Under the pieces are notes generated by a model. The model searched no databases. It saw only the letters and a program-made list of their open reading frames with translations, and was not told the DNA's origin. Below, in pieces: positions 1 through 9,331 of a stretch of DNA of 64,000 nucleotides. This stretch comes from a virus. The number at the start of each line of letters is the position of its first letter. The stretch's first letter is position 1. The stretch is taken from positions 16,616 through 80,615 of IMG/VR virus record IMGVR_UViG_3300025264_000007; one strand, given 5' to 3'. A program made the position numbers and the translations under genes.

Positions 1-250
1 GTAGATTTTCCCTAATCCACGTTTCCGTTCTCTGCACACATTGGGAGCGCGGAGTGTTGGATCGGATGCAGATTGCTTCTTCTCTTTTAATTACCTGGCA
101 ATAGCAGCGCATGCGGTTTTGTAGTTCCTGCTCCGGCGAGAGTGTGACCCCTGCCGGCAAAGGAACGTTGGTGCCCGGAAGCCACTTAGGGCAAGTCACC
201 GGATTTAATCCAGCAAAAATAATCAGATATGTGGATAGAATAGAAGTCAT
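1..250 (-). CDS. Cys-rich hypothetical protein with hydrophobic N-terminus (runs off window start)
   Basis: Manual translation MTSILSTYLIIFAGLNPVTCPKW...RCYCQ..., open to position 1. Confidence 0.6.
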   Translation of the reverse strand, partial: MTSILSTYLIIFAGLNPVTCPKWLPGTNVPLPAGVTLSPEQELQNRMRCYCQVIKREEAICIRSNTPRSQCVQRTETWIRENL

Positions 251-352
251 TGAAAAGCCTCATTATTTCTTGTAAGAAGATTTGTCTTATTATAGCAAAG
301 TTTTATAGGTTAGTTAAAGGGGATCTCTTGGCTGCCCTCATCCGAATTTTTT

Positions 353-586
353 TTAGTGATACTCATCGAACATCGACACCAAAATCTTTCCTTGATAGTT
401 GGGTAGCCCCGTATGATAGCTTAGGCCGTATTGTTGAATAACCTTTACAGCCTCAAACAGCATTTGTTGGCTGTTCCCCGTTATGATTTCCACAAAGGCT
501 CCGCTTTGTAACCAGCGTTCTAAAAAGCGCGCAACCACGTTGCCGACCTCATAATAAGTTAGCCCATGCAAATCAAGTGTAGGCAC
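353..586 (-). CDS. Stand-alone Smr domain protein
   Basis: LDLHG...EIITG Smr signature. Confidence 0.8.
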   Translation of the reverse strand: MPTLDLHGLTYYEVGNVVARFLERWLQSGAFVEIITGNSQQMLFEAVKVIQQYGLSYHTGLPNYQGKILVSMFDEYH

Positions 587-784
587 TACTCATCCCTCTC
601 TAGTGCTTTTGCGCTGCGTGCCGCCCACGCTCCCATCCTACAACTATGCTTTAGCACAAAACATTGAAGCTTCCAGTTGATCGCTAAAATAGCGACGAAA
701 AATTTTCTCTTCACCGCATTATATCGTTTTTTCATCTCTCACCTTTAAACTCTCGTTTTTTCTTTGGAAATTTTTTTGTTACGG

Positions 785-1009
785 CTATTCATCGCTAATA
801 CCGCTAATCACTTCTACATGTTTAGTTCGCACCCAATAATCACGTTCCCCGCTGCGCACCTTGCAGTAATCGGATAACACAGCCCCTTGCTCAGATGGAT
901 CCTTGTCAAGGGTGCAGTCAACGGCAGTCATCAGCACTCCAATACCGGAGACTTGAGTGCCGTGCTTTCCGTAGTGAAACTTGACCAAGTCGCCCACATT
1001 ATACATCAT
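785..1009 (-). CDS. Small SH3/KOW-like 'xGDLV' family protein
   Basis: YNVGDLVKF...GIGV...VEVIS. Confidence 0.7.
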   Translation of the reverse strand: MMYNVGDLVKFHYGKHGTQVSGIGVLMTAVDCTLDKDPSEQGAVLSDYCKVRSGERDYWVRTKHVEVISGISDE

Positions 1010-1233
1010 TCCGTCTGAGCTTTCGAAACCAAATAGAATTGGTCATAGCTCCAAAGATGTTTTTCACCAGTGGAGCAGACATAACCATAAAAATGTTTTT
1101 TACTGCCGCCAACGGTGTCAACCACAAGTATAAGACCATCCGTTCCCAAGAGCGGTTTATCAGTGAGAGCGCAGTTAACTCGGCTAGCAGGCTTGAACCT
1201 AAGCAGGTCGCCCACGTCAAAATCCGTTATCAC
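1006..1233 (-). CDS. Small SH3/KOW-like 'xGDLV' family protein
   Basis: FDVGDLLRF...GLILV...FYLVS; overlaps neighbours. Confidence 0.7.
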   Translation of the reverse strand: MITDFDVGDLLRFKPASRVNCALTDKPLLGTDGLILVVDTVGGSKKHFYGYVCSTGEKHLWSYDQFYLVSKAQTE

Positions 1234-1456
1234 TCAACCACTCCTTATATTGCCGGCAATGCGATAAAAATACATAACCCGACCAAGTAGGGAATTGCAC
1301 CGTAGCTTGATCAGCACCTTCTGGCCAAGTTCGGATCGGCAGTAAAGTGTTGGCGTCAAAGATATCGGTGATCACTCCGAACTCCTCACAGCCGCCCCCA
1401 TATTGCCATACAATGAAGTTGCCGACGTCAAACATTATGTGACCAAGTGCCGGCAT
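1217..1456 (-). CDS. Small SH3/KOW-like family protein (start may be the internal MFDVG)
   Basis: FDVGNFIVW...FGVITD. Confidence 0.65.
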   Translation of the reverse strand: MPALGHIMFDVGNFIVWQYGGGCEEFGVITDIFDANTLLPIRTWPEGADQATVQFPTWSGYVFLSHCRQYKEWLSDNGF

Positions 1457-1661
1457 GTTTTTGGGCTTTCTCTAGTTCATAGCTCATGAACCATAATGGT
1501 AAGGAACTGCTGGGAAAAGATACTGCGTATTGGGTAACGGCTCCGGAGTCAAAGATTGCCTCTATCACGAGCCCGACCTCAGAACGGTTGGAAAAAACTG
1601 AAGTGATGCTTTTGTGCCCGCCCGTGCGACGCCGACGAACGATATCTCCGGGCTTTATCAT
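1428..1661 (-). CDS. Small SH3/KOW-like 'xGDLV' family protein
   Basis: MIKPGDIVR...VGLVIE...ELEK. Confidence 0.7.
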   Translation of the reverse strand: MIKPGDIVRRRRTGGHKSITSVFSNRSEVGLVIEAIFDSGAVTQYAVSFPSSSLPLWFMSYELEKAQKHAGTWSHNV

Positions 1662-1770
1662 GTAGTAACCGTTCCGAACATGCTGAGGATTTCTTTATAG
1701 TTTATTATAGCATACACTTGCGCAGCTTTCTAGCCTAGCCGGCGTACATTCTTTTTTTTCTTGTTTTTTT

Positions 1771-1968
1771 CTATGCGTGTGCTAGCTGTGCCCAGCCTGC
1801 AACCCTACAGAAGTGAGAGTGAGTTGGGTATTCCCAGAACTCTTCGTTTTCCATGAGCTTCTCGTAGGCAGCGTGTATCATGGGTGGGAGTTCTTCCCAT
1901 ACTTCATCGGCATCTGCTGCCAACTCCGGCAAAGATAAGCCAGCGTCGTGATTAAGTAGAGGGGTCAT
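1771..1968 (-). CDS. Hypothetical protein
   Basis: ORF MTPLLNHDAG... preceded by purine-rich SD. Confidence 0.5.
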   Translation of the reverse strand: MTPLLNHDAGLSLPELAADADEVWEELPPMIHAAYEKLMENEEFWEYPTHSHFCRVAGWAQLAHA

Positions 1969-2409
1969 TTTTTCTTCCTTTCTCTTTCGAGCTTTTCTAT
2001 GAGTCTGCTTGCTAGCGTGTGTGCTAGCAGTTCCCGTGTATCGGGGGATGTTAGATGTTGACAATCATTTTTTAATACCTTCAAAAAGAAGGCTTTAGCT
2101 TTTCTGTGGTGTTTTTCTCTAAAGTATACTTCGTGTGACATTTTAGTCTAATATCAAAAATCTCTAAAAATTAGCTATCCGTTGTGAACGTACCTAGCAC
2201 AGACCGTACCCCCACCGGGGCGGGTGGGAGATACATTAGGGGGGCAGGCAGGGGCTCCCGTCTTGGCAGGATACTATAGCGGTTGCCGCTGTCAAGCTTT
2301 AAAGCTGGCAGGGGCTATCAGCAGCAGGCAGGCGTAGGCGCTGGCGTTGCTGGTGTTCGCTGTTACTCTCTCCTATAGTTTTCATTCTTTTATTTGTTTC
2401 CCGCAAAAA

Positions 2410-3651
2410 CTAAGCGTCGATCGCGATCACACGCTCATTGGTTTGGAAGTAGGGGCGAGCAGCACCACGCTGGTCAGTCATCCACATGCGTTGGGCCTTG
2501 CACCGCTTGGGCTTGGGAGCTTCCATATCCGTCAGAATAATGACACCGTCAAAGCTATGCTTATTGACATAATCGGTGGGAGCATCGAAGCAAGTGCCGC
2601 CGCAGGATACCCGCTCAGTCTTCTTGTTCTGCCCCTTCTTCCAGACGTAGACCTTATCCTCTGGCACCTCAGTATCAAAGGGGATGACCGTGAACTCTGC
2701 CAGCTTTGCCAGCCCATTGAGTTCAGCGAAGAAGCTCTCTAGCATGTGATCGCTGACAGAGCCCGACTGGTCGATGGCAATGGCAATCTTTGCCTGCCGC
2801 AGCACCTTCTTGCCAGGGTGGATGTAAGCGTAACGCTTGTTGATCCGCTTCACACTGGAGCGACGACTAGCACGCTGGCTGGTCTTGATGAAGTAGCGGA
2901 GCACCTTGCGCCAGTCTACCTTAGTCTCTAGTCTTTTTATAATCTCTTGTTTTACTTCCGCCGAAACCGAGCCCCAACCTTTAGCAGCTTGGCTAGCTTC
3001 TTGGGCAGCTTCTTTGAGCGCATTCTTGAGACGTTCCTGAGCCATCTGGTTAGCCTCTGCCGGCATGTTGCCGTCATCCCAACCGGAGTGGTCGTCAAAG
3101 CTACCAGGCTCGCCGGCACCACCGCTGTCGCCTGCCTCGCTGCCTTCACTACTGTCGCTACCTTCGCCGTCTTCGGTAGACTCGCCGCCATCACCGCCGG
3201 CAGAGCCTTCACCTTCTTCTTCGCCACCATCTTTCTTAATGTTGGCAAGGTACCACTCGGCACTCTCACCCGCAGGCAGATCAGCGAAGGGCCCGACACC
3301 AGGCATGCAAGCCAGTTCGGGCAGTTCATCTTTGAGGTGGCTGTTGATAGCCAGATCAGCCGCGATGTTCCACGTCTTATGGGGAACGCCTTCAGGCTTG
3401 CGACTCGTAACATGTTCGAAGATCAAGTGGTAGAACTCATGCTTGAGAACACCCTTGACGTGCTTTTCGGAAAGACTGGCAAAGAACTCGGGGTTGTAAA
3501 CCATCTCGAACTGTGCCGTCTCAGGGTTCACACGCACACCCGCTGTTGGGATGGCAGTCGTAGAGATCTTTTCGATCCGACGGCTCAAGGCTGCGAAGAA
3601 GGGCTCTTCCATCAACAGTCTATAGGCGTGAAGGCTTAGATCAAAACTCAC
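2410..3651 (-). CDS. VWA-domain putative metallopeptidase (DUF2201-like)
   Basis: HEFYH zinc motif, WNIAADLAIN, acidic linker, VWA MIDAS DQSGS...GGT...LTD. Confidence 0.9.
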   Translation of the reverse strand: MSFDLSLHAYRLLMEEPFFAALSRRIEKISTTAIPTAGVRVNPETAQFEMVYNPEFFASLSEKHVKGVLKHEFYHLIFEHVTSRKPEGVPHKTWNIAADLAINSHLKDELPELACMPGVGPFADLPAGESAEWYLANIKKDGGEEEGEGSAGGDGGESTEDGEGSDSSEGSEAGDSGGAGEPGSFDDHSGWDDGNMPAEANQMAQERLKNALKEAAQEASQAAKGWGSVSAEVKQEIIKRLETKVDWRKVLRYFIKTSQRASRRSSVKRINKRYAYIHPGKKVLRQAKIAIAIDQSGSVSDHMLESFFAELNGLAKLAEFTVIPFDTEVPEDKVYVWKKGQNKKTERVSCGGTCFDAPTDYVNKHSFDGVIILTDMEAPKPKRCKAQRMWMTDQRGAARPYFQTNERVIAIDA

Positions 3652-3671
3652 AGTGCCTCTCCCTCATTCAT

Positions 3672-3699
3672 ATAATAGCATGGATACACTACTTGTCAA
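3672..3699 (-). promoter_or_regulatory. sigma70-type promoter TTGACA-N16-TATTAT with extended -10
   Basis: Minus strand TTGACAagtagtgtatccatgcTATTAT upstream of the VWA gene. Confidence 0.8.
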
Positions 3700-3723
3700 C
3701 TTTTATTTCGTTCCCTTAAAAAC

Positions 3724-3750
3724 AAAACCCAGCGTTTGTGCTGGGTCTTG
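3724..3750 (-). terminator. Rho-independent terminator after AAA ATPase
   Basis: Minus strand GACCCAGC-acaaac-GCTGGGTT followed by T-rich run. Confidence 0.65.
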
Positions 3751-3781
3751 CCGATCTCAAAGGAGTCTGGAGAGAGAGGGA

Positions 3782-4825
3782 TCAGGCTCCCAAGATCTTG
3801 GAGAGGTGGGTTCCAACCGCTCCTTTGTTTGCCCCGTGGAAGTTGACCACGTTGCTTTGAATGCCGCCCGTGGAGATCACACTCCAGAGCTTCATGGCTG
3901 CTTCGCTAGGCAGGCTGACGAAGTAGTTAGCCAGGTTGGCAACTTCCTTCTCAGAGAGTTCCTTCTTGCAGACGTCTTCAGCCTCGACCTTTTCGATCAT
4001 GGCACAGTGCTCGTTGAGCGAGAAGGCTTCCAGAGTTTCGCTGCGATCGCCAGCTAGCAGTTGGGCAACCGTCACAACCCGCTCGTAGTTCTGAGCGAAG
4101 TCGTTGAAGGCAACAGCCGCTTCGAAGCCGACGAAGCTTTGAGCCAAGGTGAACATGGCAGGGGAAGCTTCTTCCAGAAGATCAGCCTTTACCAGCACAT
4201 CGTTCAGCCGATGCCAGGAGCGACGGCTGGGATAGCGTTTGTTGGGCTCAATGTCAGCGTTATGCTCAAGGTGAGCACGGTTCTGATTGATGAAATCCCA
4301 GATGAGGCCATCAATATTTTCTTTGCCCCAAGCCAACCAATCTTCTACCGTGGGCTCAATGTCCCAGACCGACCAGCGATCGAGTTCAGCAGGATCCATC
4401 TCATTGACCTGATACTGCTCGCCATGCTCGCCGCCGTTGATGGCAGCGAACACTACGGTATCCGGGTGAAGATGATGACCGTTCAGCTTCCGGCTGTCGG
4501 TCAGTTCGAAAATCCCCTGCCGAACTTCTAGGGTAGCGCGGTCAACCTCGTCGAGGAAGAGCACAACCGGTTGCTCGCAGGATTCTTTGAACCAGTCAGG
4601 GGGATTGAAGGTGGTGCGATTGCCGTCAATGCTGGGAAGACCGACAAGGTCTCCCTCGGTCATTTGGCTGGCACGCCGTTCAACAACAGGCAGTTCCATG
4701 TTGGCGGCCAACTGGTAAACAACCTGGCTCTTGCCGACACCGTGGCGACCACGGAGCAGAACTGGCAAGCGAGCAGCACTCACTGCGGGAGCCAGCTTGA
4801 CAAAGGTTTTGAAGTCTACAGACAT
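3782..4825 (-). CDS. MoxR-like AAA+ ATPase
   Basis: Walker A GRHGVGKS, Walker B LFLDEVDR, MDPAELDR, PSRRSW; adjacent to VWA partner. Confidence 0.9.
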   Translation of the reverse strand: MSVDFKTFVKLAPAVSAARLPVLLRGRHGVGKSQVVYQLAANMELPVVERRASQMTEGDLVGLPSIDGNRTTFNPPDWFKESCEQPVVLFLDEVDRATLEVRQGIFELTDSRKLNGHHLHPDTVVFAAINGGEHGEQYQVNEMDPAELDRWSVWDIEPTVEDWLAWGKENIDGLIWDFINQNRAHLEHNADIEPNKRYPSRRSWHRLNDVLVKADLLEEASPAMFTLAQSFVGFEAAVAFNDFAQNYERVVTVAQLLAGDRSETLEAFSLNEHCAMIEKVEAEDVCKKELSEKEVANLANYFVSLPSEAAMKLWSVISTGGIQSNVVNFHGANKGAVGTHLSKILGA

Positions 4826-4849
4826 TGTTCTCTCCCTCTCTCCAACTGT

Positions 4850-4877
4850 ATAATAGCATGGATAGGGTATCTGTCAA
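4850..4877 (-). promoter_or_regulatory. sigma70-type promoter TTGACA-N16-TATTAT
   Basis: TTGACAgataccctatccatgcTATTAT upstream of the AAA gene. Confidence 0.8.
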
Positions 4878-5150
4878 CTTTTAAATGCACTTTTAACGCT
4901 TTTTTCTTGCGTTTTAAAGCCAATGGTGCTCGAATTGACAAAGACCCTTATACTATGTATTAGGCACCTCAAGACAAACGCCCCCAAACGCTGACAATAT
5001 CTGACACACGCAGAAAACGTTGGTATTGCTGGATTTCTATTATCTTTTAACCATCCACAGCAGACAAACCAAACAGTTACAGCACTGTGCAACTTTTGCA
5101 GTCAGTTCTGTCAACTATGCATCATTTATTTGCAGCAGGCAGAGAGCACC

Positions 5151-5624
5151 CTAGAACTTTAGTTTAGATAGGTCTGTGTTCTCTATATAATCTTCTATAG
5201 ATCCTGTATGATTCTCTGCCTCTTCTAGCATGTCGTAGATGGAAAATGTTTTATCTTTTTTGTTTGGTGCCGCATGAAGCTGACCTGAGAATATCCTGTG
5301 AACTGTAGAGGGATTAACCTTCATAGCCCAGAAGCGTTTAGAGAATGCTTTTGCAGTTTCCCTTGTGCTTAACCTATACTGTTGTTCCTTTATCCAGGCT
5401 ATGTGCTTCTCGCTTAATTTATGCGTTCTTTGTTTTCTTTTTTTTGCGCGCCTTTGATTTGATGCTTTGGTGTCAGCATCATAACATTTTCTACAACGAG
5501 AGCGGAGACCGTCTTTAGCAGACTTGATCTTCGACTTGTAATAGTGTTCGACCGGCAACGTCTCTTTGCATTTTGTGCAAGTCTTAACGTGGTTGCCGCC
5601 CTCGTCGTAGAACGCATGTGGCAT
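5151..5624 (-). CDS. Zinc-ribbon DNA-binding protein (HNH/EndoVII-type N-terminal CxxC...CxxC plus HTH-like region)
   Basis: KTCTKCKE...DGLRSRCRKC; no obvious nuclease motif. Confidence 0.6.
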   Translation of the reverse strand: MPHAFYDEGGNHVKTCTKCKETLPVEHYYKSKIKSAKDGLRSRCRKCYDADTKASNQRRAKKRKQRTHKLSEKHIAWIKEQQYRLSTRETAKAFSKRFWAMKVNPSTVHRIFSGQLHAAPNKKDKTFSIYDMLEEAENHTGSIEDYIENTDLSKLKF

Positions 5625-5739
5625 CGCTACTCGCGGTTATTGTTATTGAAGCTTTTGGCAGTGAACGCGAGAAACTCAAAGGCTAGCTTAGTCACAAAAA
5701 AGCCTCCCACCAACGCAGCGGCAATTACGATTGCCGTTT

Positions 5740-6201
5740 TCATCCGTCTGTTCCAGTAGGGGTGATCTCCACCAGTTCAATAGCGAAGTTTAGCGTCTTG
5801 CCTGCCAGAGGGTGATTCACGTCGAAGGTGACCTCCTCATCCGTGCTGCTGGTGACGGTGGCCATCACCGGCTGTCCGTTGGGAGCCATGAGCGGAACCT
5901 CTGATCCATCCGTGAGATCCAGATCCTCCGGAAACACATCGCGCTGAATAGTGGTGACTGCTTCCGCGTTGGGATCGCCGTAAGCATCTTCCGGGTCGAG
6001 GGTGATGGTGCGCTTTTCGCCCGGCGTCATGCCGGCAACTGCTTGGTCGAACCCGGCAATGAGTTCGCCGGATCCGAGGGTAAATGTGAGGGGAGTTTCG
6101 CGTTCGTATGAATTGTCGAACTCGCTCCCGTCATCGAGGGTGCCGCGGTAGTGAACCGCAACGGTATCGCCTGTTTGGGCTGTGGGGGTGGTGGTTGTCA
6201 T
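5740..6201 (-). CDS. slyD: FKBP-type peptidyl-prolyl isomerase (SlyD/FkpB-like)
   Basis: VHYRGTLDDGSEFD...PEDAYG...DVNHPLAGKTLNF. Confidence 0.92.
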   Translation of the reverse strand: MTTTTPTAQTGDTVAVHYRGTLDDGSEFDNSYERETPLTFTLGSGELIAGFDQAVAGMTPGEKRTITLDPEDAYGDPNAEAVTTIQRDVFPEDLDLTDGSEVPLMAPNGQPVMATVTSSTDEEVTFDVNHPLAGKTLNFAIELVEITPTGTDG

Positions 6202-6740
6202 GAGTTATCTTCTCCTAGATAAAAGTCTTTACAGACTTGTTCGAATTTATTAATAGCGTTCCACAAAAGTGTGTCGAGGTCATCGACTCCATGGTCAGGA
6301 TAGTTGTCGTCGTAATACCTGGCCACTTCGTCAGCATCAAGGGACAGGAGTTCTTTGTCTTGCAGAACCTCCCCATCCATGCAAGCGTAGCCCCCTACTC
6401 GGCACTCGTCCTCCGAAATAGTTGTCATGGTGACTAGCCGATTCTGAAAATATGAGGTGTCGCGACTCGCAGCTAGAACCCAACCTTTGGGTCTCTCCCA
6501 CTTTGTTTCCAAAGTAACGAGAAGGCGCTCAGTAGAAGGATCGTAATCGTAGTCAGCGACCTCTATCCACCCCACGCTACTCCACTCGTCAGCATTAGGC
6601 ACAAGTTGGAACAGTAACGAGTCTGACCCAAGCGCAGCACCTGTCGCATCATAATCGAAGGCAAAATCTTCTGCTTGCTCAGGCGTAATACCGTAAACGG
6701 TGACGTAGCTTCGGGTGGCGTCAATTTTAGTGCTCGTCAT
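6198..6740 (-). CDS. Hypothetical acidic protein
   Basis: 180-aa ORF with ATGA overlaps on both sides. Confidence 0.7.
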   Translation of the reverse strand: MTSTKIDATRSYVTVYGITPEQAEDFAFDYDATGAALGSDSLLFQLVPNADEWSSVGWIEVADYDYDPSTERLLVTLETKWERPKGWVLAASRDTSYFQNRLVTMTTISEDECRVGGYACMDGEVLQDKELLSLDADEVARYYDDNYPDHGVDDLDTLLWNAINKFEQVCKDFYLGEDNS

Positions 6741-7501
6741 CTGTTTTCTCCTTTTTCTAGGTGATTACAAAGATTATCTAGTCGTTCCAATGATTTTTCT
6801 AGATAATCTTCTTCTATTTCACACCCTTTAAATGATCGTTCTGTGTTGGCGCAAGCAATCATCGTCGATCCACTCCCGCTAAAACAGTCTAACACAATAT
6901 CGCCAGGGTGTGTATGGGCTTTAATCATTCTTTCAATTAAAACGATAGGTTTTTGGGTAGGATGCCATCCGGCGTATTCTTTGCTCGTGGTGTGATTGTT
7001 TTTCGCCCACACATCAGTCGGAATCTTCCCCAGGGGGTTATTTTGGGCTCCGGCCCGCACATTTTTGGGCATTTTGTAAGGAATTCGCACGTTGTCGGCA
7101 TAAAATGGGAACTCTTTTCCCTTAGAATACATTAAAACATCTTCGTGCTTGCGAGGGAACTTTTTCCTTGTGCGGCCGCCCCAGTCATACGACCAAATGA
7201 TCCAATTCTGGTAGTGAGCGTCCGGAATATTATTCAATACGTCTAGCTTGTAGCGTAAAAAGGTGTCTTTTTTGGTAGTTCCCCACACATAAAAGCAGGC
7301 ACCCGGCTTCATTACGCGAAAACATTCTTTGGTCCATTGGTCGCACCATCTTAAATAGTCTCCCTCGGAAGCCCACTGGTTATCCCAGGAATCTTTGATA
7401 ATTTCAAAGTAAGGAGGGTCAACAATGACCAAGTCTATTGATTCATCCGCCACCGTCTTGAGGTAGGAAAGGCAATCAGCTTTCTGAAGATCCGCTGTCA
7501 T
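6737..7501 (-). CDS. DNA methyltransferase, N6/N4 beta class
   Basis: DPPY; HPTQKP; LDCFSGSGST. Confidence 0.93.
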   Translation of the reverse strand: MTADLQKADCLSYLKTVADESIDLVIVDPPYFEIIKDSWDNQWASEGDYLRWCDQWTKECFRVMKPGACFYVWGTTKKDTFLRYKLDVLNNIPDAHYQNWIIWSYDWGGRTRKKFPRKHEDVLMYSKGKEFPFYADNVRIPYKMPKNVRAGAQNNPLGKIPTDVWAKNNHTTSKEYAGWHPTQKPIVLIERMIKAHTHPGDIVLDCFSGSGSTMIACANTERSFKGCEIEEDYLEKSLERLDNLCNHLEKGENR

Positions 7502-7751
7502 TTTCTCTCACAATTATCTCGACGTCAGTAGTGTCGGTTTCCATCTCAATCCATACTCTTGCTCCACAACTCAAAGGTTTGTGGGGTCGATAGATCACCT
7601 TGGCTAATTCTATACCATCTTTGGTTTTGATTATAGCTTCGTGGGCATAATTATTTTCTTTATATGTTTTTACCGTCAAAACAGGCTCGTCAGTTCCGTG
7701 CTTTGTGTTGCGCTTGATGACGTGTTGGTTAACGTGGATGATCTTTTTCAT
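7476..7751 (-). CDS. Phage hypothetical protein
   Basis: IHVNQHVIKRN...PLSCGARVWIE; compact ORF overlapping the MTase start. Confidence 0.75.
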   Translation of the reverse strand: MKKIIHVNQHVIKRNTKHGTDEPVLTVKTYKENNYAHEAIIKTKDGIELAKVIYRPHKPLSCGARVWIEMETDTTDVEIIVRENDSGSSES

Positions 7752-7764
7752 ACTAGCCCTTTCA

Positions 7765-7794
7765 GAGCAGGGCCAGCTATAGCTGGCCCTGCTC
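7765..7794. repeat. Perfect 30-bp palindrome
   Basis: GAGCAGGGCCAGCTATAGCTGGCCCTGCTC equals its own reverse complement. Confidence 0.95.
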
Positions 7795-7802
7795 CTTGGA
7801 AG

Positions 7803-8978
7803 TTACTCGTCTTCATCATCAACGATGAACGAAGGATCATCAACAGGAATTAATCTCCCATTGTCCATCGCCTCTTTGTCTTGGACCATCTTCTGCGGTA
7901 ACCGCAACAAGTCATCATTGAGGGTGCGAGCACGATACCCCCCAGCATGCAGTTTTTCAACTGCCTCCGCCTGGGTGACTCCGTCGGGAATCTTCACGAC
8001 AAGAAGCTTTTGGGTGGGCTCCCACCGCTCGCTCATGAAGGTTTCAAGGGCGTCGTCTACGGCGGACTCGCCGTTCCTCACGGGAAAGTGAACACCCCAA
8101 CGAGCAACCTTATCCCAATCATCGTCACTCTTTGCGAGTTCGCCGATGAACGTTCCAAGATTACGCTCCCAATTAGCCCCATCGCCACTACAAATCCGAA
8201 CCACAGCATCGGCATCATCTAGAGTGAGATGCCGATTGGCCATGTTGTAAGCGAAGTGCGCTGCGCCTTCTACTCCTTTGCCTCGATAATTCCGCACTTG
8301 GTAAACTATTTGGCTGTTGTTGTCGATAATTCGCTGGGAGATCTCTTTTAATTTAGTCTCTGCCAGAGGATAGTTTTTCCGCAACCAAGTATTCATAGCT
8401 TTTTTGCGCGTTTCATCGCGGACAGCCTGGTCCCCGAACAAACCGTCTACAAATCCCTGATTGAGTGCTTTTTCCGCTTCAGTCGCTGTGCAAGGCAGTT
8501 TGACCTCGGGCCCGTTAAACGATGCTTGAACTAGCATGCGCTGACCGTCGGTGTCAAAGAAATCGTGAGGTAACGTGATTGCACGAATTTTTGTGCCGTT
8601 AGCTGGGTCGAATGATTTGCACTTTTCGTTGGCAAACAAGTCGGAGACCGCCGTGAAGCGATGAACCCCCTCAATTATTTTGAATTTCTTCGAACTGTTG
8701 GGAGCTTCTTGAATTATGATGGGAACCTCCAAGCCATTGTTCCAAATCGCTATGGTTATTTTCTTAAGGTGCCCGTCATGAGTTGTCTCCACATGGCGAA
8801 TCTGACTCTCGTCATGTGGGGCTGCAATTAAAGCAAGATTTACCAGGGAGTCTTCTTGGTCTTCAATCAATTGCGTGATCAACTCTACGACCGCCGTGGT
8901 GTAAGCAACCCCCTTGAGGGATTTAATATGTGAGATCCTATTTCGCATCTCTTGGGTTTCATACCATTGTTTTTTCAT
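7803..8978 (-). CDS. ParB/Srx-like N-terminal domain protein
   Basis: PIIIQE...KIIEGVHRFTA resembles the ParB/Srx GxHR motif. Confidence 0.6.
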   Translation of the reverse strand: MKKQWYETQEMRNRISHIKSLKGVAYTTAVVELITQLIEDQEDSLVNLALIAAPHDESQIRHVETTHDGHLKKITIAIWNNGLEVPIIIQEAPNSSKKFKIIEGVHRFTAVSDLFANEKCKSFDPANGTKIRAITLPHDFFDTDGQRMLVQASFNGPEVKLPCTATEAEKALNQGFVDGLFGDQAVRDETRKKAMNTWLRKNYPLAETKLKEISQRIIDNNSQIVYQVRNYRGKGVEGAAHFAYNMANRHLTLDDADAVVRICSGDGANWERNLGTFIGELAKSDDDWDKVARWGVHFPVRNGESAVDDALETFMSERWEPTQKLLVVKIPDGVTQAEAVEKLHAGGYRARTLNDDLLRLPQKMVQDKEAMDNGRLIPVDDPSFIVDDEDE

Positions 8979-9127
8979 TTGGTTTTTTCCTCTATTTGAG
9001 TCGCATTGACTCGTTAAAAAGATCTAATATTCACCATGAATATCTTGATCGTAAATGAAATTACCATTCACCTCTCATGGTTGAGCTTCTTGTAAGATCC
9101 TCCTTCCGTCTATTCTTATATCTTATA

Positions 9128-9331
9128 TTATCCCTCTTTGGGTGAGGCGTTAAGCTTTTTTTCTAAAATAACAATGCGTGCATCAAGTTCCATTTGGATG
9201 CGGGCTACTTCGTCGAGTTGTGCAGTTAAATAATTGATAGACCCTACCAAAAGATCAAAAACTTCCTTGGTAAAGGGGAGGAAGATATCCGCCTCCGGCG
9301 GGCGCTCAGGAGGAGTTTCGTCAGTCATCAA
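9128..9331 (-). CDS. Small coiled-coil hypothetical protein
   Basis: ORF with heptad pattern. Confidence 0.55.
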   Translation of the reverse strand: MMTDETPPERPPEADIFLPFTKEVFDLLVGSINYLTAQLDEVARIQMELDARIVILEKKLNASPKEG

